A stretch of DNA of 59,307 nt, the filler included, from Basidioascus undulatus (lineage: Eukaryota), in assembly GCA_000826855.1 (NCBI GenBank). It is 5 parts of 5 records of this genome, joined end to end, with 100 filler letters (N's around TTAATTAATTAA, not from the genome) between each part and the next. Parts side by side here need not be neighbours in the genome. Positions count along the whole stretch, not along the records: positions 38,231 to 48,712 come from JTLS01001117.1; positions 48,813 to 59,307 come from JTLS01001118.1; 3 more parts are not named here. The stretch is one strand, 5' to 3'. Every line of letters starts with the position of its first letter. The stretch's first letter is position 1. Under the pieces are notes generated by a model. The model ran no database searches, was not told where the DNA came from, and was given only the letters and a program-made list of their open reading frames with translations. Shown here piece by piece: positions 38,678 through 51,737 of this stretch. The translations under genes were made by a program, and so were the position numbers.

Positions 38678-41600
38678 ATGCCCCTCGGATGGCCAACATC
38701 ATCATCTGACAGAGACGCCATCGGCACCCGCTCCGTCCGCCGCGGCGTTGCGAGGCTCGCCGCAGGCGAGGGCGACCACGCCGGTACTGTCGCCCTGGAC
38801 TGGGGCGTCCAGGGCGCAGGACGCCTCGAACCCCAGTCGGGGTCGGGATCGGGCAGGGGGAGACGCACAGTGTGGGAGTGGAGATTGGCGAAGGAGGGGA
38901 GATGTGAGTATGGGATTGGAGCTGTGGGCGGTACAGGCAGTCACTGATCATCTGAGAGCCGACCCGCTTTCAACAGCGCCCCAGCAGATTCACGCACTTT
39001 CAGAAGCAACATCCGTCTTTCCCGCTACACGGTACCCTCCCTCCTCCTCTTCGGATTCCTCCGCGGCCTCCCCAGGCCTCTCAGCATTCAGGCTAGCTCA
39101 GCAAGGCGTTCGTCTTCCGGCCCCTTCCCTATCTCGCCCCGCCTTCTAACTGTCCCGTCGCACCCACAGTTGCATTTCCTCCAATCTCGGCACTCCGAGG
39201 ATCACATTCCCTTCGACCTCATCCGTGACGAACTCGCCGCCTCGCGCATCGCCGAGACGTCGTACGACCCCTTCGCGGGCAACTGCATTGCCGCGGCAGG
39301 GCAGCTCCGCCGCGGGGTGGCTGCGAGCTGCGTGCTCGCGTGGCCGATGGGGGTGAACGGGCAGGAGCTTAGTTCGTCGAACACCTTTGCATCAATCAAC
39401 TAGAATGAGCCGACTGACACAGCGGGCTATGCAGACGTTTCCCCCTTCGTCCACCAACGCCGCTGGGAGCAATCCTGCGACGGCACGCGCTCACGCTACG
39501 TGACGCTCACACTCACGCCCTCACCGCGCCCATCATTTACCTTCCCCACGCCGATCCAGCAAATCACTGCCGGTCCACCTTCGTCCGACACGTCGCGCTC
39601 CGCGCTCGCGGGGATCCACCTCGCCGTGCGGACCGTCGACCGCGTCGCGTTCCTCGCGCTCGAGGCCGGCAAGGCGGATGCCGCTGGCCCGCCTGCTGCG
39701 GCGAGGGAGATATATAGGTTGCGAAGGGAGGAGCTGGGCGGGAGGAGGGCCGTGGATGTCGGGTGGGACCCGAGGGGGAAGAAGAGGGCGCTGGTGGTGG
39801 ATGATGCGGGCGGGCTGTATAGGTGGGATCTGAATACGGCTGCTTGGAGAGAGTGAGTGCCTTTGCTGCTAAATCGCTCATTTGAAGGCTTCGCTGACAC
39901 CGCTTTTCAGACCAATCAAGTTCTCCAACATCCGACAAGCTTCGTCCGCCGAAGCCCTCGACTACACACGCCGCTTCCACCGCGTCGCCTTCCCCTCCGA
40001 CCCCTCCTGCGCGCTCATCACCTCCGACAAGCTCGTGCGGCAGGTTGACTTCCGCGTGCGTCCCTCCCCTCCCTCTTTCTTCCCCTTTTCTCCCATTTCT
40101 CAGCCCGCTGACCCTCCCCCCCACCGCGCTGCAGTCCCGCAAAGCCGACCTGCCGCTTTACGAGCTCCCCGAGCACTCGTCGACATACATCACCGCGCTC
40201 GAGGGTAGTTCCCGCGCAGGCGGGGCGGACCACCTCACTGTCGTTGCGACCACCGAGAACGTCGCGTGGATCGACGAGCGGAATACCAAGGAGCCCGTCT
40301 TGACGTGGCGGCATCACCGCGAGTTCGACCGGACGCTGGACGTGCGGACTGTCATGCTCGGCGGAGGTGTGCATGCTCTCGTCCCATCTTTTCAAACCGA
40401 AGAAGAAATAGCTCATCAGACTTTCGTTCCCGCCGCAGACTTCACCACCCTCCTTTTCTCGCGCGCCAACCCACTCATCACCGCCTACTCCGCCTCGCCC
40501 TCCCCGCTGCACCTGCACGCGCCCACATCACCTTACCTCATCCCCGCGAGTCCCACCGCCGCGCCCCGCGCAGGCCTCGCGCTCTTCCAGCACCCGAACC
40601 AGCCCGCCGCGCTCTCGGACGAACTCGAGCTCTTCGAGCTGTCCGAGACGGGCGCGCTCTCCAGGCGCGTGTTCGGGCTCGATGTCCGCGAGGATGATGA
40701 GGAGCAGGAGAGGGAGGTGGGGCGCGCGTATGCGCTGGGGAAGGTGAAGGAGGTTGATGATTTGAGGATTGAAGGGAGGGAGGAGGACGGGTGGTTTGAG
40801 AGTGGACGGGCCGCGGCGGAGGTGGATCTTAGGGCTGTGAGGGACGGTGAGCTGCGCTGTCTCTAGCTCAGTGGAGGACGGACGGAAACTGACGGAGGTG
40901 CGGGATGCGGAGCAGAGATGGTCGACCCTGGTCCAGCGCCGGATCCGACGCCCGTATTGGAGAACTTGCCTACACTCTTCCAGCAGCTGCACGCCCCGCC
41001 AGCGACCATCCTGACAGGGTACGTTCTCGAACCTCGAGCTCGCTGTGACTGAGAATCAGGTCAATTGAAACCACCCCACTGCCCCAGGCACGACGCGGCC
41101 CTCCTCGCCTGTCCTCCCCCTCCCTCCCCACCCTCATCCCACCTCGCTGACTTCCTCTCCCCCTCCCCCTCCCTCCTCCCCACCTCCTCCCTACCGACCC
41201 TCGACCCCTCCCAATCCGCCGGGTACTCCGCCTCCCTCGCGCCCTACCTCGCTTCCTTCTTCCCGCACATCCCCCCCGACCTCGCCTCCGCCGCGCACAC
41301 AGCCGCCGCCCTCCGCGCACTCTAAAACGTCGCCTCCCCCGCCGCCTCCCCCGAGGAAGCCGCAGCGTGCGACATCCTCTCTGCAGATCTCGCGCTCGCT
41401 TCCCAGATCTACGCGGCCGAACCGCTCCGGCGCGCACCGCCGTCCGAGTGCGCAGCAGCAATGGGCGAGGAACAGGTGGACGGTGAGCAGGAGGAGGATG
41501 ACGACCCGCTCTCGCGCGCCACGCGCGGGATGCACATCCGCCCGCGCAGTCCGCCCCCCGTCCACTTCTCGTTCCTCACCCCCACGGCACCATCGCGGCC

Positions 41601-42060
41601 AGAAGGCAGCGATGGGGCCCCGGCGCAACTCATCACACCCGCTGCGCGCTTGCTTCTCTCAGAATGGACGGTCGGGTCCGACCCGTCGTCGTATGTCTAC
41701 GTCGACCCGTACGCGGAGCTCGCGCGCCCGGAACCCGAGCCGTCGCGGAAGTCGACCACGCGTCGCGGCAAGGTGTCCCAGTCCCAATCGCTCTCGCAGC
41801 CCTCGTTCGCAATCCACTCAGCGCCGATGCAACTCCCGCCCGTCGTGTTCGCCTCGCAGCGCCCGGCCCGAATGGGCGCGCAATCGCAGGTCTTTCGTGC
41901 CGCGGGAATGGGGATGGACGACAGCCAGAGTCAGAGTCAGAGTCAGCCGGCGACGCAGAGCCAGGGCGGGCCGAGCACGCAGATCCTGCCCGGGCGGTTT
42001 GGAGGGCGGCGGGACCTCGGCGCGAAGGGGAAGAAGAAGGGGCGGACGAGGGGCTTCTGA
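38678..42060 (+). CDS. RRN6: RNA polymerase I core factor subunit Rrn6 (TAF1C-like), with one in-frame TAA
   Basis: Multi-exon gene with WIDER..PVLTWRHHREFDRTL, DLALASQI, AARLLLSEWTVGSDPSSYVYVDPY, an SQ-rich tail and the C-terminal STQILPGRFGG..KKKGRTRGF-TGA typical of Rrn6. TAA at 41323-41325. Divergent from the Cdc73-like ATG (313 bp). Confidence 0.8.
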
Positions 42061-44214
42061 GCGTGGAGGGGAGGGCGATGGTTCGGAGACGCAATTTCTG
42101 GGGAAACTCATCTCGTATTTCGCGTACGCATCGTGTCACATCGTCTATATATCCTTCATCGCCCTCATGTAATCCAACCCCTAGCCTTCGTTGTCCTTTG
42201 CTTTCCTTTTGCCGATGTGGTACTGGCTTGCCCAGCGTGATCAAGGAGGTGCAGTCAAGATTGTGGTATGAAATGCAGAATACATGCTTGCAGAAGAGGA
42301 ACAGGGAAAAGCGAAATATGAGAAGTCAACTAGCAAGACCGCTGGCGCTGCTGCTCCATAACGAGAAAGAATGCGCTGGTACTTGGCGTGCATAAGGGTA
42401 GTAAATGAGCCTGGACGTTCAGAAGTCTCAGAAAAAAATAAGGGGAAGAGAGCAGCGCAATCCATGGCTCTTGAACAGGTCCATCGTGCCCGGCTGTTCG
42501 AAATGAAACGCGTCAGAAGAAACTTTGTGTGCCCCAAACGGCAAGCACCACGCACCTCGCGTCGGACAGCCTCGTTCAGTTCTCGTACGCAGCTCGCGAG
42601 CGCCGGCTGCGACGCGATGAAGCTCTGCTCGCTGCTCTGCGGAAGCGTGACGGCTCACATCCACAGAGAATCTCTCCCGAGCACCCCGGGTCCTGCTAGA
42701 TGCGATTGAGGGGAATAAACAGAGCTGCGGCATGCACTGACAAACAGTCAGTGTATCTGGAGGTCACAAACCTGCCTGCACCACTTTTTGGCCACGGTTT
42801 CCTATTTAAATGAATTCTGAGCCGAGGAAGGCACGCAGCGCCGGGTCGGGTGGTTGAGCAGTTCGGGAGAGCGTCCGCAGCAGCGCGCGCGCTATGGGGC
42901 GAGACCGGCGGCGGTGTGGGCTCGGGCGTGGGCAGGTGTGCGCGGGGGTCGGGAGCCGGGGGGGTGGCATTCGGCTCCGGCTGCTTGACGATGCTGGGGC
43001 GGGCGGCGGAGGCGCGCGGGGAGTGGGTGTAGACGCGGCCGCGGGCGCCAGCGTGCGTGGAGAGGGAGCGAAGGCAGCAAATGATGCGAGAGTGTCTGAG
43101 AAGAGGTCGGCAGGTTTGTTGGAGGGGGCACTGCAGTGCGGTAGCATGGTCAGTATACGTGCTCTCGTACAGGTTACAGTTACGGAGACGCACGATACCG
43201 CGGGAGACATTTCATAAGAGAAGTCGTCGTAGCAGGGCGAAAGTGCAGCGGAGTCTCCGAGGCACGGAGAACTACGTATACTGCCCGGCGTGCGCGCTGA
43301 GTGCTGTGACAGGACGAAACGAACGTAAAAACGCGTTGGAGCACAAGAATCATCACCTCAACTTGAGAGCCATACCTAAACTCCAATAAACAACTGGCAA
43401 CGTGAAATTCTCGCAGCCGCAGGCCAGCAGGCGTATGACAGCGTTCTGGTAGCGCGTTGGAAAAACTCCAGTTGCTTCTACCTGTTGTAGCACAAGATAC
43501 CTCACCCCCAGTTCCCCACCAATGTATAGAAACATACTGTTGCCAGTGTGCTCATACTTCAGGCTCCAAACCGAACTAAACCGCTCTGTGTCGAAAACGT
43601 CCTTTACGAGCGGCACAACTCTTCGTCCCGCTTTATCCATCGGCTGGTAAAGATCAGCATATTCGTGAGTATCGAATTGCTGAGGAACAGTCAAGGAAAC
43701 CTACCAAGACGGTCGCAAGAGGGGGGTGGGAGAAAAAGGTGTGCGGAATGGGCGGGGCAAAAGGGTCGGGGCACAGTTTCGTTGCAAGATCCGTAAACGC
43801 CTTCATCGAGCTTGTGACTGGAATGCTGATTTCTGGGGATCTCGGTGAGAACGAAAAAGGCACGATTATTCCTTGCATATACGACTCCTTCCTCGTTTGG
43901 GCCTCAATCTGCCCATTCGGTGTCGACCGGCGGCTATGCCTTCGGAAGGTGCCCCTTAAAGTGCGACCTGGCCTGGAGCGCGTAGTTAGTCCAGCACAGA
44001 TGCCCATGTGCACATGCTTACCACTGGATGGAACACTGGACCAGGACACAGGATTCGCACGACCCCTCCTTCTTGTCTTCCCCCGCCGTCTGAACAACGT
44101 TCCGCTCCTCCCACTCGCCCTCCGGACCTGCCGAGCTCCCCGCTGACGCCCTCGCTTATCAACCACCATCACCACTGCTCTATTTCTCCCCATCTTCCCC
44201 GACTCTCCCCCGCC

Positions 44215-44847
44215 ATGACGGACATGCTCATCCCCGGCGACGGCACCTCGGCGACCGCCGGCACGACCCCCCTCGCGGTCGCGACCGACCAGTCGGTTCT
44301 CACCCACCTTTGGAAGGGCGGGCGGCCCACCCGTACGTCGGGGGAGTCGTTTCTGCTGCGCTCATACGTGTGCTCACGGTGTGGTGATCAGGCACTTGGG
44401 GAATGCTCGTCGTGGACGTGCTCCTCTGCATCCTCGGCGTCGTCCGCGGAGTCTGCCGCGCGTACAGCTGCCAGTACGCCTAGGCCACCGCCTACTCCAG
44501 CGTCCACCTCAGGTTCGTCCTACTCGGGCTGCCGCTCCTCCACAAGCTTCTGGAGATCTACGCTGGCCCGGACCATCGCCGTGAGTTCCGCCCCCCGGCT
44601 ATCCCTTGCGTCGGACGGGCTAATGACCCAGCTATGGACAGGCTCGCGGTCTTCTCGCTGGGTGACAATTTTGGGCTTGCTTTTTGCTGCTCAAGATCGA
44701 GGCGGAGGACACGCTCACCTCGTGGAAGCCGCACTCCACTCCGGGCGTTCTCGGATGCGTCGTCGACGGGGCCTAGGCGGCGTTGATCTAGTTGTTCGTG
44801 GTTCGCTTCCGTCACTCGTAAAGGAGAGCTTTGGGGCCCTGGAATAG
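44215..44847 (+). pseudogene. Degenerate small membrane-protein gene, weakly Ctr copper transporter-like
   Basis: MTDMLIPG...DQSVLTHLWKGG|TWGMLVVDVLLCILGVVRG then an in-frame TAG near 44481; the Ctr MxxxM motif is not visible. Confidence 0.25.
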
Positions 44848-45061
44848 GATTTACTGCATTTTCGAACATATGATTGAAGCGCGGTGTTACTCTGCCCTAT
44901 GGGTCTGAACCTCGAACATCGTCTCGAGTTGCCGGACGCAGCCCGCTCGACTAGGGAACTGCTGTTCCACGTAAGTGAGAGACGCCCCAGAATAGAGGCC
45001 GTCAAGTCAAAAGACTCATTTTTAGATCCAGATAAATATGTGCAGGTCCGCCCGTCATCTT

Positions 45062-46655
45062 TTACGCGAGGTGCTTCTAACCAGTTGATGGCCTGCAGAA
45101 ACACAATCAGTCAACATCGCCGCCACGACACAGAGTCTCTCGCGGCCTCATGCGGAGGTCGTAACGCACACCTTCTGCTCCTCCTCCTTGGGGATGTTGA
45201 TGTCGGAGCGCACGTTGAAACCGTGGGGCGCATCATCGTAGACTGTAGAGCGGTTGTCAGGCATTCTGCTGCGAAGGGGACCAGCGATGTTTGCTTACGG
45301 CGGAACTCCGTAGGAATAGGCTTACTGTCAAGGATGGACTTGGTCTTGTTGCAGCTGTCGACGTCGAAGCTGCGTGCGGTCCGAAGAGTTGTTGAGTTGA
45401 CGGCGCTTCGGTCTGTAAACAGGTGAAAACTGGAAATGTACAAGGTGTCGGCGGTGCCGTTCGCGACACTCAAAGGCTTACTGACGGGCTCGACCTCGCC
45501 TGGAAAGGGAACAGGTTGGGTCAGCTTGGTACTATTGGCTATTTTAGCGATTTGATATAACTCACCCGGAATCCCAAGGAACGCGGGGTGGTTCGCGACA
45601 GCCGCGCTGTAAAGGAGATTCGTCAATCTTGTGTGAGCAAGAAATATGACAGAAAATACACCAACTCACTCGACCTTGGTCCCCTCCGTCGCAAGCAAGA
45701 ACGAGTACCGGCCGCCACTGTTTTATCGAAACGCGTCAGCATTTCGAGTACCTTGGACTGCAAGGTAGAATCGCACCAGCAGAAGCCGACAGCGCCGAGC
45801 TTTCCGTTCGGGCCCTGCTGATCCTTGATCGTATCGATAGCCTTGTCAATAGCGGGCGGCTGACCTCCGTCCGGTGCTTGATGGTCCTCGGCCCAAGCTC
45901 GTACGCCTGCGTCGCGATGTCCTTGCTGTTGAGTTTAGGGTGCTTGTCAGCCTGCGACGAAGCTGAAAAAGGAATAGCTGAGCTGGTTGGAACGGACACT
46001 TTGTCAAGAATGGATTTGTCCTCCTTCGGCGCGGTCGGGCGCGGAGCGGCAAGTTGCAGGACATAGTCGGGCACGTAGTCGCCGTCGAAGAAGTCGGGAA
46101 CTGTAAATGTTGGCGGTCAGGCCTACCATTCCGAACGGTTTCCTAGATCAGATCAGTGGGGACGGACCGTATATGTAGAAGCCGGCCTTCACCAAGCAAG
46201 GCCCCGAAACGTCAGCAAAGGGGCACGCAGCGATCAGCGACTGCATGTTAACGGACCTTGGCGTACTCATCCGCGAGCAGGCGAGTGTTCTGTCAGCCAT
46301 GGTAAAGTATCAGAGGTGAGCATTCGCATCCTGTCCGATCATTGAGGAACACCAGTAAGAAGGCGCACGTTAGCTTGTAGCCAAAGATGTCGGTGATGTA
46401 GAGGAGCGCCTTATCTTGTTGGCCTCGTCGCCAGTAACGTACGTCTAGAGGCCGGCAAGCTCGACCTCCGTGCCGGCGGGGGTACCCTAGTGCAGGATGC
46501 CGGTGAGCTGGAAAGAAAGCGGTGGGGTACGCAAATCAGAGTCAAGGAAAGACACAAGTTGGGAAGCGGAGTGGGCGAGTTGGACCCGAGCTTCGAATAC
46601 GCACGCAGCAGTCGGAAATACCAGCGCCCGGGGCGATCGTCTGAGCGGTGGACAT
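45062..46655 (-). pseudogene. Dienelactone hydrolase (alpha/beta-hydrolase, AIM2-like) pseudogene
   Basis: DCC..GILH*GTP, TYVTG, ALLYITDIFG, LLADEYAKAGF..VPDFFDGD, GAVGFCW|GG, NHPAFL, YDDAPHGFNVR. TAG at 46487-46489 and 46445-46447; frameshifts near 46415 and 45080. Confidence 0.85.
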
Positions 46656-48262
46656 GGTGTATATGACGTCGGGCGTAAGCTTAAGCTGGGTGTGGATAGT
46701 TGATGAGAAAGAAAGGCAGGCCGTCGCGAGCTGATGAGTTGGAGTGTGGGAGGCATTCATGAAGCTGCGTCACCACACAGAGGGTGGAGGTTAAGTGGCG
46801 GCAGTCTCGACCACGATGCGGCATGAATGGAAGTGGTGTCTATTTACATGTGTTGCAGACTGTTTCCTGGTTGTGTACAGATGCATTGATGCGTAGGACT
46901 TTGGGCAGGATGTGGAAAACCAAGCAAGCATAGGAAAGCGCAACGAAACAGGACCTTGACGCGAACCAGGGAACGATCATGACAGGATCCCAGGTCCCTG
47001 GAACTCCCAGCCGGCCCGCCGGTTGGGCACGGCTGACGGCGAAATTTCGTTGAGTATTGGATTGACAACACGTGTAGAATTCTGATTGCATGCTCCATAG
47101 TACTCCCCGGCGGAGCAAGGGGCGCAGGCGACGCTTATTCGCTTACCCAACCACGCTTGCCTCTTTCGCTCGCATCTCTCCGTCGTAGCTCTGTGCGGTC
47201 AGATGAATGTGGAGGATCGTCCATACCAGTCGAATGTCCGCGGAAGTCAAGCGGGTGCGAACGAACGCATGGAACGAACGATTTCTCGAGAAGGCATTAT
47301 GCAGCGCCGGGGTCCCGAATTGCGCGGGTTGGCGCAAGGTCAGTCAGGCACAGCGTGATCGGCCCGTGAAACCAAACAACACAGCAACAACTTGAGATCT
47401 GCAATGAGTGATATTCGTACACCCAGACAAACAGCGCACGAGCTGGTCGCTGCCTTTCAAAAAGCTGATGGTTGGCCGAGCAGTTCTCGGTGTACAAGAT
47501 TCGAAAGATGTACAAAGGTTTGACTATTCCGGCGTGCAGGCGGACGGACACTGCGAGTAAGGCGCAATCTGCACCCGCGAGAGCTTGCGTCATTGGGACG
47601 GCAGAAAGGTTTCACCCCCAGCCTTGAACGTCGGCCGATGGGCCCGCCGCTCAGTAACGACGTGCGTATGGGTCTTATTTCATTGGCATCAGGGGAAGAC
47701 AGTCGTCTTTTCATGTCGTTACACACTACAGTAGGATACTCTCTAACGCGATCATTATTGGCTGGAAGACGCCAAGGGGACGACTGTAGACGATCGATGT
47801 GAGTGGCTTCCTCTCTTCCTCTCGCGCCTCTGCGTACCTGCCCTGCCCTCTTGTGCCAGGGACCGTCCATCTCATCTGCGCAACCGCCCAGCCAGCTAGC
47901 GTTCCTCTCCTCTCTCCGTGTAGATTCCGAACGCCGCCGCCCACGCGAGTCCTCCGGCGGAAGCGATCGCGCTTCGAAGGCGGACCGAACGCTAGTAGAC
48001 GACGGGATCGCCTGCACCCCCCATTCTTCCTTCTCCACCGCCCCATCAAAGCCAAAGCCCCGGGCCGCGAGTGAACCAACGCTCTTGGTTCGCAATATTG
48101 CGAGGAACAGGAACGAGACCATCATCATCATCATTCGCATTCGCGTTTCCACACCCGGCTTTTGCATTATCCCCTTCCACCATCACCGGATCGTTCCCAG
48201 TCTCCTTTCCTCCTCTCCCTCGGACTCTCCCGTCTCTATCTCTTCTTGTGGCTCTCGATACC

Positions 48263-48712
48263 ATGTATTCTCCCAGCATGGCGAGCAGCAGCAGCAACGC
48301 GCACACACCGTCCGGCTCGCATCCAACCGTGCCGAGTATGGGCGAGCTGCTCGCCGGCTTGCGCGAACCCCATCCCCACCACTACCGTCCTCCGGATCTT
48401 ACTCAGGTGAGTGTTTTCTGACTCTATGAGTGAACAAAGTGGGCGAAGCTGGGCAAGGCCACTGTCGAGTGTCAGGCCGGCACACTGCGAAACGCATTTG
48501 CGAGGCCGACCTGTCGCTGGCGCTGCTTTCACTGTCACTCACTGCTGGACTTCCTTCGTTTCCACAAAATTATCTGGTAATTGCACACGCTAACGTGTGC
48601 ATCGGATGCGCTATTCTCCATTACAGTATCATCATCCCAACGCATGGTCTCACCCTCATTCCGGGCCTCCAACGCCTCACCATCTCCCTCCTCACCACCA
48701 CCCCACACCAAC
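48263..48712 (+). CDS. 5' end of an unidentified His/Pro-rich gene truncated by the gap
   Basis: MYSPSMASSSSNAHTP...PPDLTQ|GTGAGT intron ..TACAG|YHHPNAWSHPHSGPPTPHHLPPHHHP, preceded by a pyrimidine-rich 5' region. Confidence 0.45.
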
Positions 48713-48812
48713 NNNNNNNNNNNNNNNNNNNNNNNNNNNNNNNNNNNNNNNNNNNNTTAATTAATTAANNNNNNNNNNNNNNNNNNNNNNNNNNNNNNNN
48801 NNNNNNNNNNNN
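48713..48812. other. Artificial contig spacer
   Basis: 44 N + TTAATTAATTAA + 44 N. Confidence 0.98.
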
Positions 48813-48822
48813 CTTCCGATCT

Positions 48823-48945
48823 GGGTTGGGCAACATCAGATTTGCTTTAAGAGAGAGAGAAAGCGGGAGGGGAGGAGGGGAGATAGGAGATGGGGGGGTT
48901 GGGCAACATCAGATTTGCTTTAAGAGAGAGAGAAAGCGGGAGGGG
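48823..48945. repeat. 50-bp direct repeat (period 73) at contig edge
   Basis: GGGTTGGGCAACATCAGATTTGCTTTAAGAGAGAGAGAAAGCGGGAGGGG at 48823 and 48896. Confidence 0.9.
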
Positions 48946-49420
48946 GTGGTTTGCGTTTCTGAGGGAGAGATGGAGAAAGATGGGGAGGGAATGGGGAGGG
49001 GTGAGAGAAAGGGATAGAAGAATAGGAAGGAGAAAGGAGGAAGTGAAAGGCACGCGAAGCAGCGCGAGTGTCAGAGGGACACGACGTCTGTGTTGGGGGA
49101 CGGCCGCTGCCGGCGCATGCTGGCACTTGAACGCCGCCAAGGCTCGAGGTCCAGTGAACCTACCGTGCTTAAGTTTCAGTGCCGTTCTTTCCTGCAACAT
49201 CATGGCGAGACTCATTGGTTATGTTCCTGGAGGGATTTGATTGAACATATTCAAGAATCGGTATCCTGCATGTGAGGGCGAATGAGCGGCGAAACCCGAG
49301 GCGTCGCCCGCCGCTCTTTCGCGCCAGCTCGCGGTCGGGCGGTCCTTGCCTTCTGTCAACCACCATCCACTCACCCGAACACAGCTACCGCTTTCGCATT
49401 GTACCTCACTCGTGCGCATC

Positions 49421-50228
49421 ATGCCTAATGCTTTTGAGCTGCCCACAGAGATTCTGTCCGAGATCCTTTCGCTTGCGTACACACCCGACCCGCGTGCTCA
49501 GGGAGCCTTCACGTCCTATTTTCTTCCGATAGAAGACCTCTGGCCGTACCCGGTCAGTCGCGTAGCGGGACTCCTCATCTGCAAAGATCTGAAGCGGATT
49601 GTCCAGCCCATCCTCTACCCCTCTATCCATCTCCTCGGGCCGCCTCCTCGCCACTCGTTTCTCAAATACGCTATTTGCGCCGAAGGCTCCGTCGGATGCC
49701 GGCACCTCGCAATCAGCAGCTACAAGGCCAGCAACGAGAAGCTGGCTCGTATCATAAGCTCTTGTCCGAATGTCCGGCGTCTCGAACTCGACCTGATCGC
49801 TACGGGAGACGCACACAAACTCGGGCCTCAGTTCATAGCCGCGCTACAGAAGCTGCATCCCGCTCAAGTCGCTTATCACGCTGAGGCGGTCCTCTTTCAG
49901 CGAAGACAACATGCGGTTCCTAGTCGCAAGTATCAATGGCCTTCTTCCGCTGTGGACTCAGGCGGCATCCTTGCGCAAGCTTGCATTTGACATCAGCTTC
50001 GGAGGCGTGTGGCCGCTCAGCCTCGCGGACGTTCTATTGCGCAGCGTGCGACTCTACACATCCCCTCTCGCCTTCCCAAGAAAGTTTGAATCCCTTCTCC
50101 AGAATCCGCACATTTTCCGACACGAGGTTCAATGGGGCGAGCGCTTCAGCTTTCTCGATCCTTCGAACGCCGAAAGCGCGGCGTGGAGGGCTCTGCAGCC
50201 TCGTGTGGAGATTATCGAGCACAATTAA
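49421..50228 (+). pseudogene. F-box-like gene D, intronless, one apparent frameshift
   Basis: MPNAFELPTEILSEILSLA (F-box), LICKDLKRIVQPILYPSI, SCPNVRRLEL; the sensible frame switches near 49915 and ends in TAA at 50228. Confidence 0.65.
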
Positions 50229-51737
50229 GATTGCGCGAAGTCGCTTCCGATATTGATGTACCAGGGGAGTGACATGGGCTGGTTCGAAACATTGGAAGTT
50301 GAGGGCTCGTTCTCCGTGGACGCAAGCAACGTAAAGCGATCATGCAATGATCGCATACATGAGATGTTAGTCGTTGAAGAGGTTGGCCATTGGCAAAGGC
50401 AGCTTCTGATTTACTTTCATCCTCAAGGAGTGGCCGAGTACTTGTGAGCATCAGGCCAGAGCTGAGCCGTGCGCTTTGGTAGGTACCGTCACTATGAGAT
50501 GGCGAGGACCATTCGCAAGGTGAAATGCGGTGGGGAGTTCAAGGGATATTCAGGTGATCTTATGTGAGATACTTTAGGTGGAGAATTTTAGATATCCAGT
50601 GGAAATCACGACGGATCAGGTACATGTGCGGAATAAGAGCGTTACCACAGAGGTTAAGACGCCGCTTCCTGAGAGCCTTTCGAACACGATTTCTTTGCCC
50701 TAGTCACAAAGGGCCTGACAAAGTATTATACTATTCTATATACTAACATATACTAACATATTAGTTGCAACCCACGAACACAGGCAAAACGAGAGGGCGG
50801 CAGAGAACCAGCGTTCTGCGCAGTGCTCGAAAATGTCAAGTTCGTTCATTCTTCGCGTCCGAGTGTTTTCCGACTTGACAAACAGGGTCACTCACTATCT
50901 GAGGATAATTGACACTTCACATGTTACTCAGGACTTGGAGCACGGGCACCCACCCTGCAGCGCGACATCGCAGACGCAGCCGTTCACGCTGCGAGGCGGG
51001 GGTCAAGACGGTCAGATTCGTCCCGGATGTTTGGAAGCAGTTGCACTTGCTTGCCCGCGCAGGAGGGACACGGACATCCAGGACACTGTACAGGGTTTAT
51101 AGGATGTCCTGGCCCTGGCGGGAACGGCGGTGTCGGTGGGATGCTGTTGGCGTCCGCATCGACGTCGGTTTGGTGAGGGCCGGGAAGCGGGCAGAGACAA
51201 CAGCAGGTGGAGTCTAGAAGGTAGTCACGAGGACTTGAATATCCTTTCAGTCCATTTATAAGGTTGAAACGCACCACCAGAGGCGGGCATGTTGGGGAGG
51301 TAGGCGACTGTGGCGATCAAGGACTCAAAAGCTCGAACTGGAGGAAAGTCGAAGTGCCACCCGCGAGCATCGCTTTCTTCATCCTCGATGATCTGACTTT
51401 CGAGTCAAAGAAACATTTGAACATGGATTTTCCCCCGGTGGCTGATCATTGCCACTCGGTGTGTATCACCGGTAAGTCTGCTGACAGCGGGGGGGTACTG
51501 TCGACTGTTCCGAACGCTCCGTCCGTCCGAGTCGGTCTTCCATCCGCCCGCCCCTCTTCTCACGCTCCGATCTGCTATCAAGGGAAGCTTAGAACAGGAC
51601 ATTGTGTAATACTCTGTTTACAACAGCCCCGGAATACCAGGGCGACGGCTGTGGGGCACTGCGGTGAAGTCTCGCGGGCTGTATACGGCTGGATGCATCA
51701 TAGATCTAAGTCAACAGTTCATCCGCTATGATACCGA

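Noticed and set aside
42400..43210. Pro/Ala-rich minus-strand fragments with a possible splice donor
   Set aside because: Could be a decayed orphan gene, but I could not build a coherent model.
48823..48945. 50-bp direct repeat as a functional element
   Set aside because: Lies 10 nt from a contig end in GA-rich low-complexity sequence; may be slippage or misassembly.
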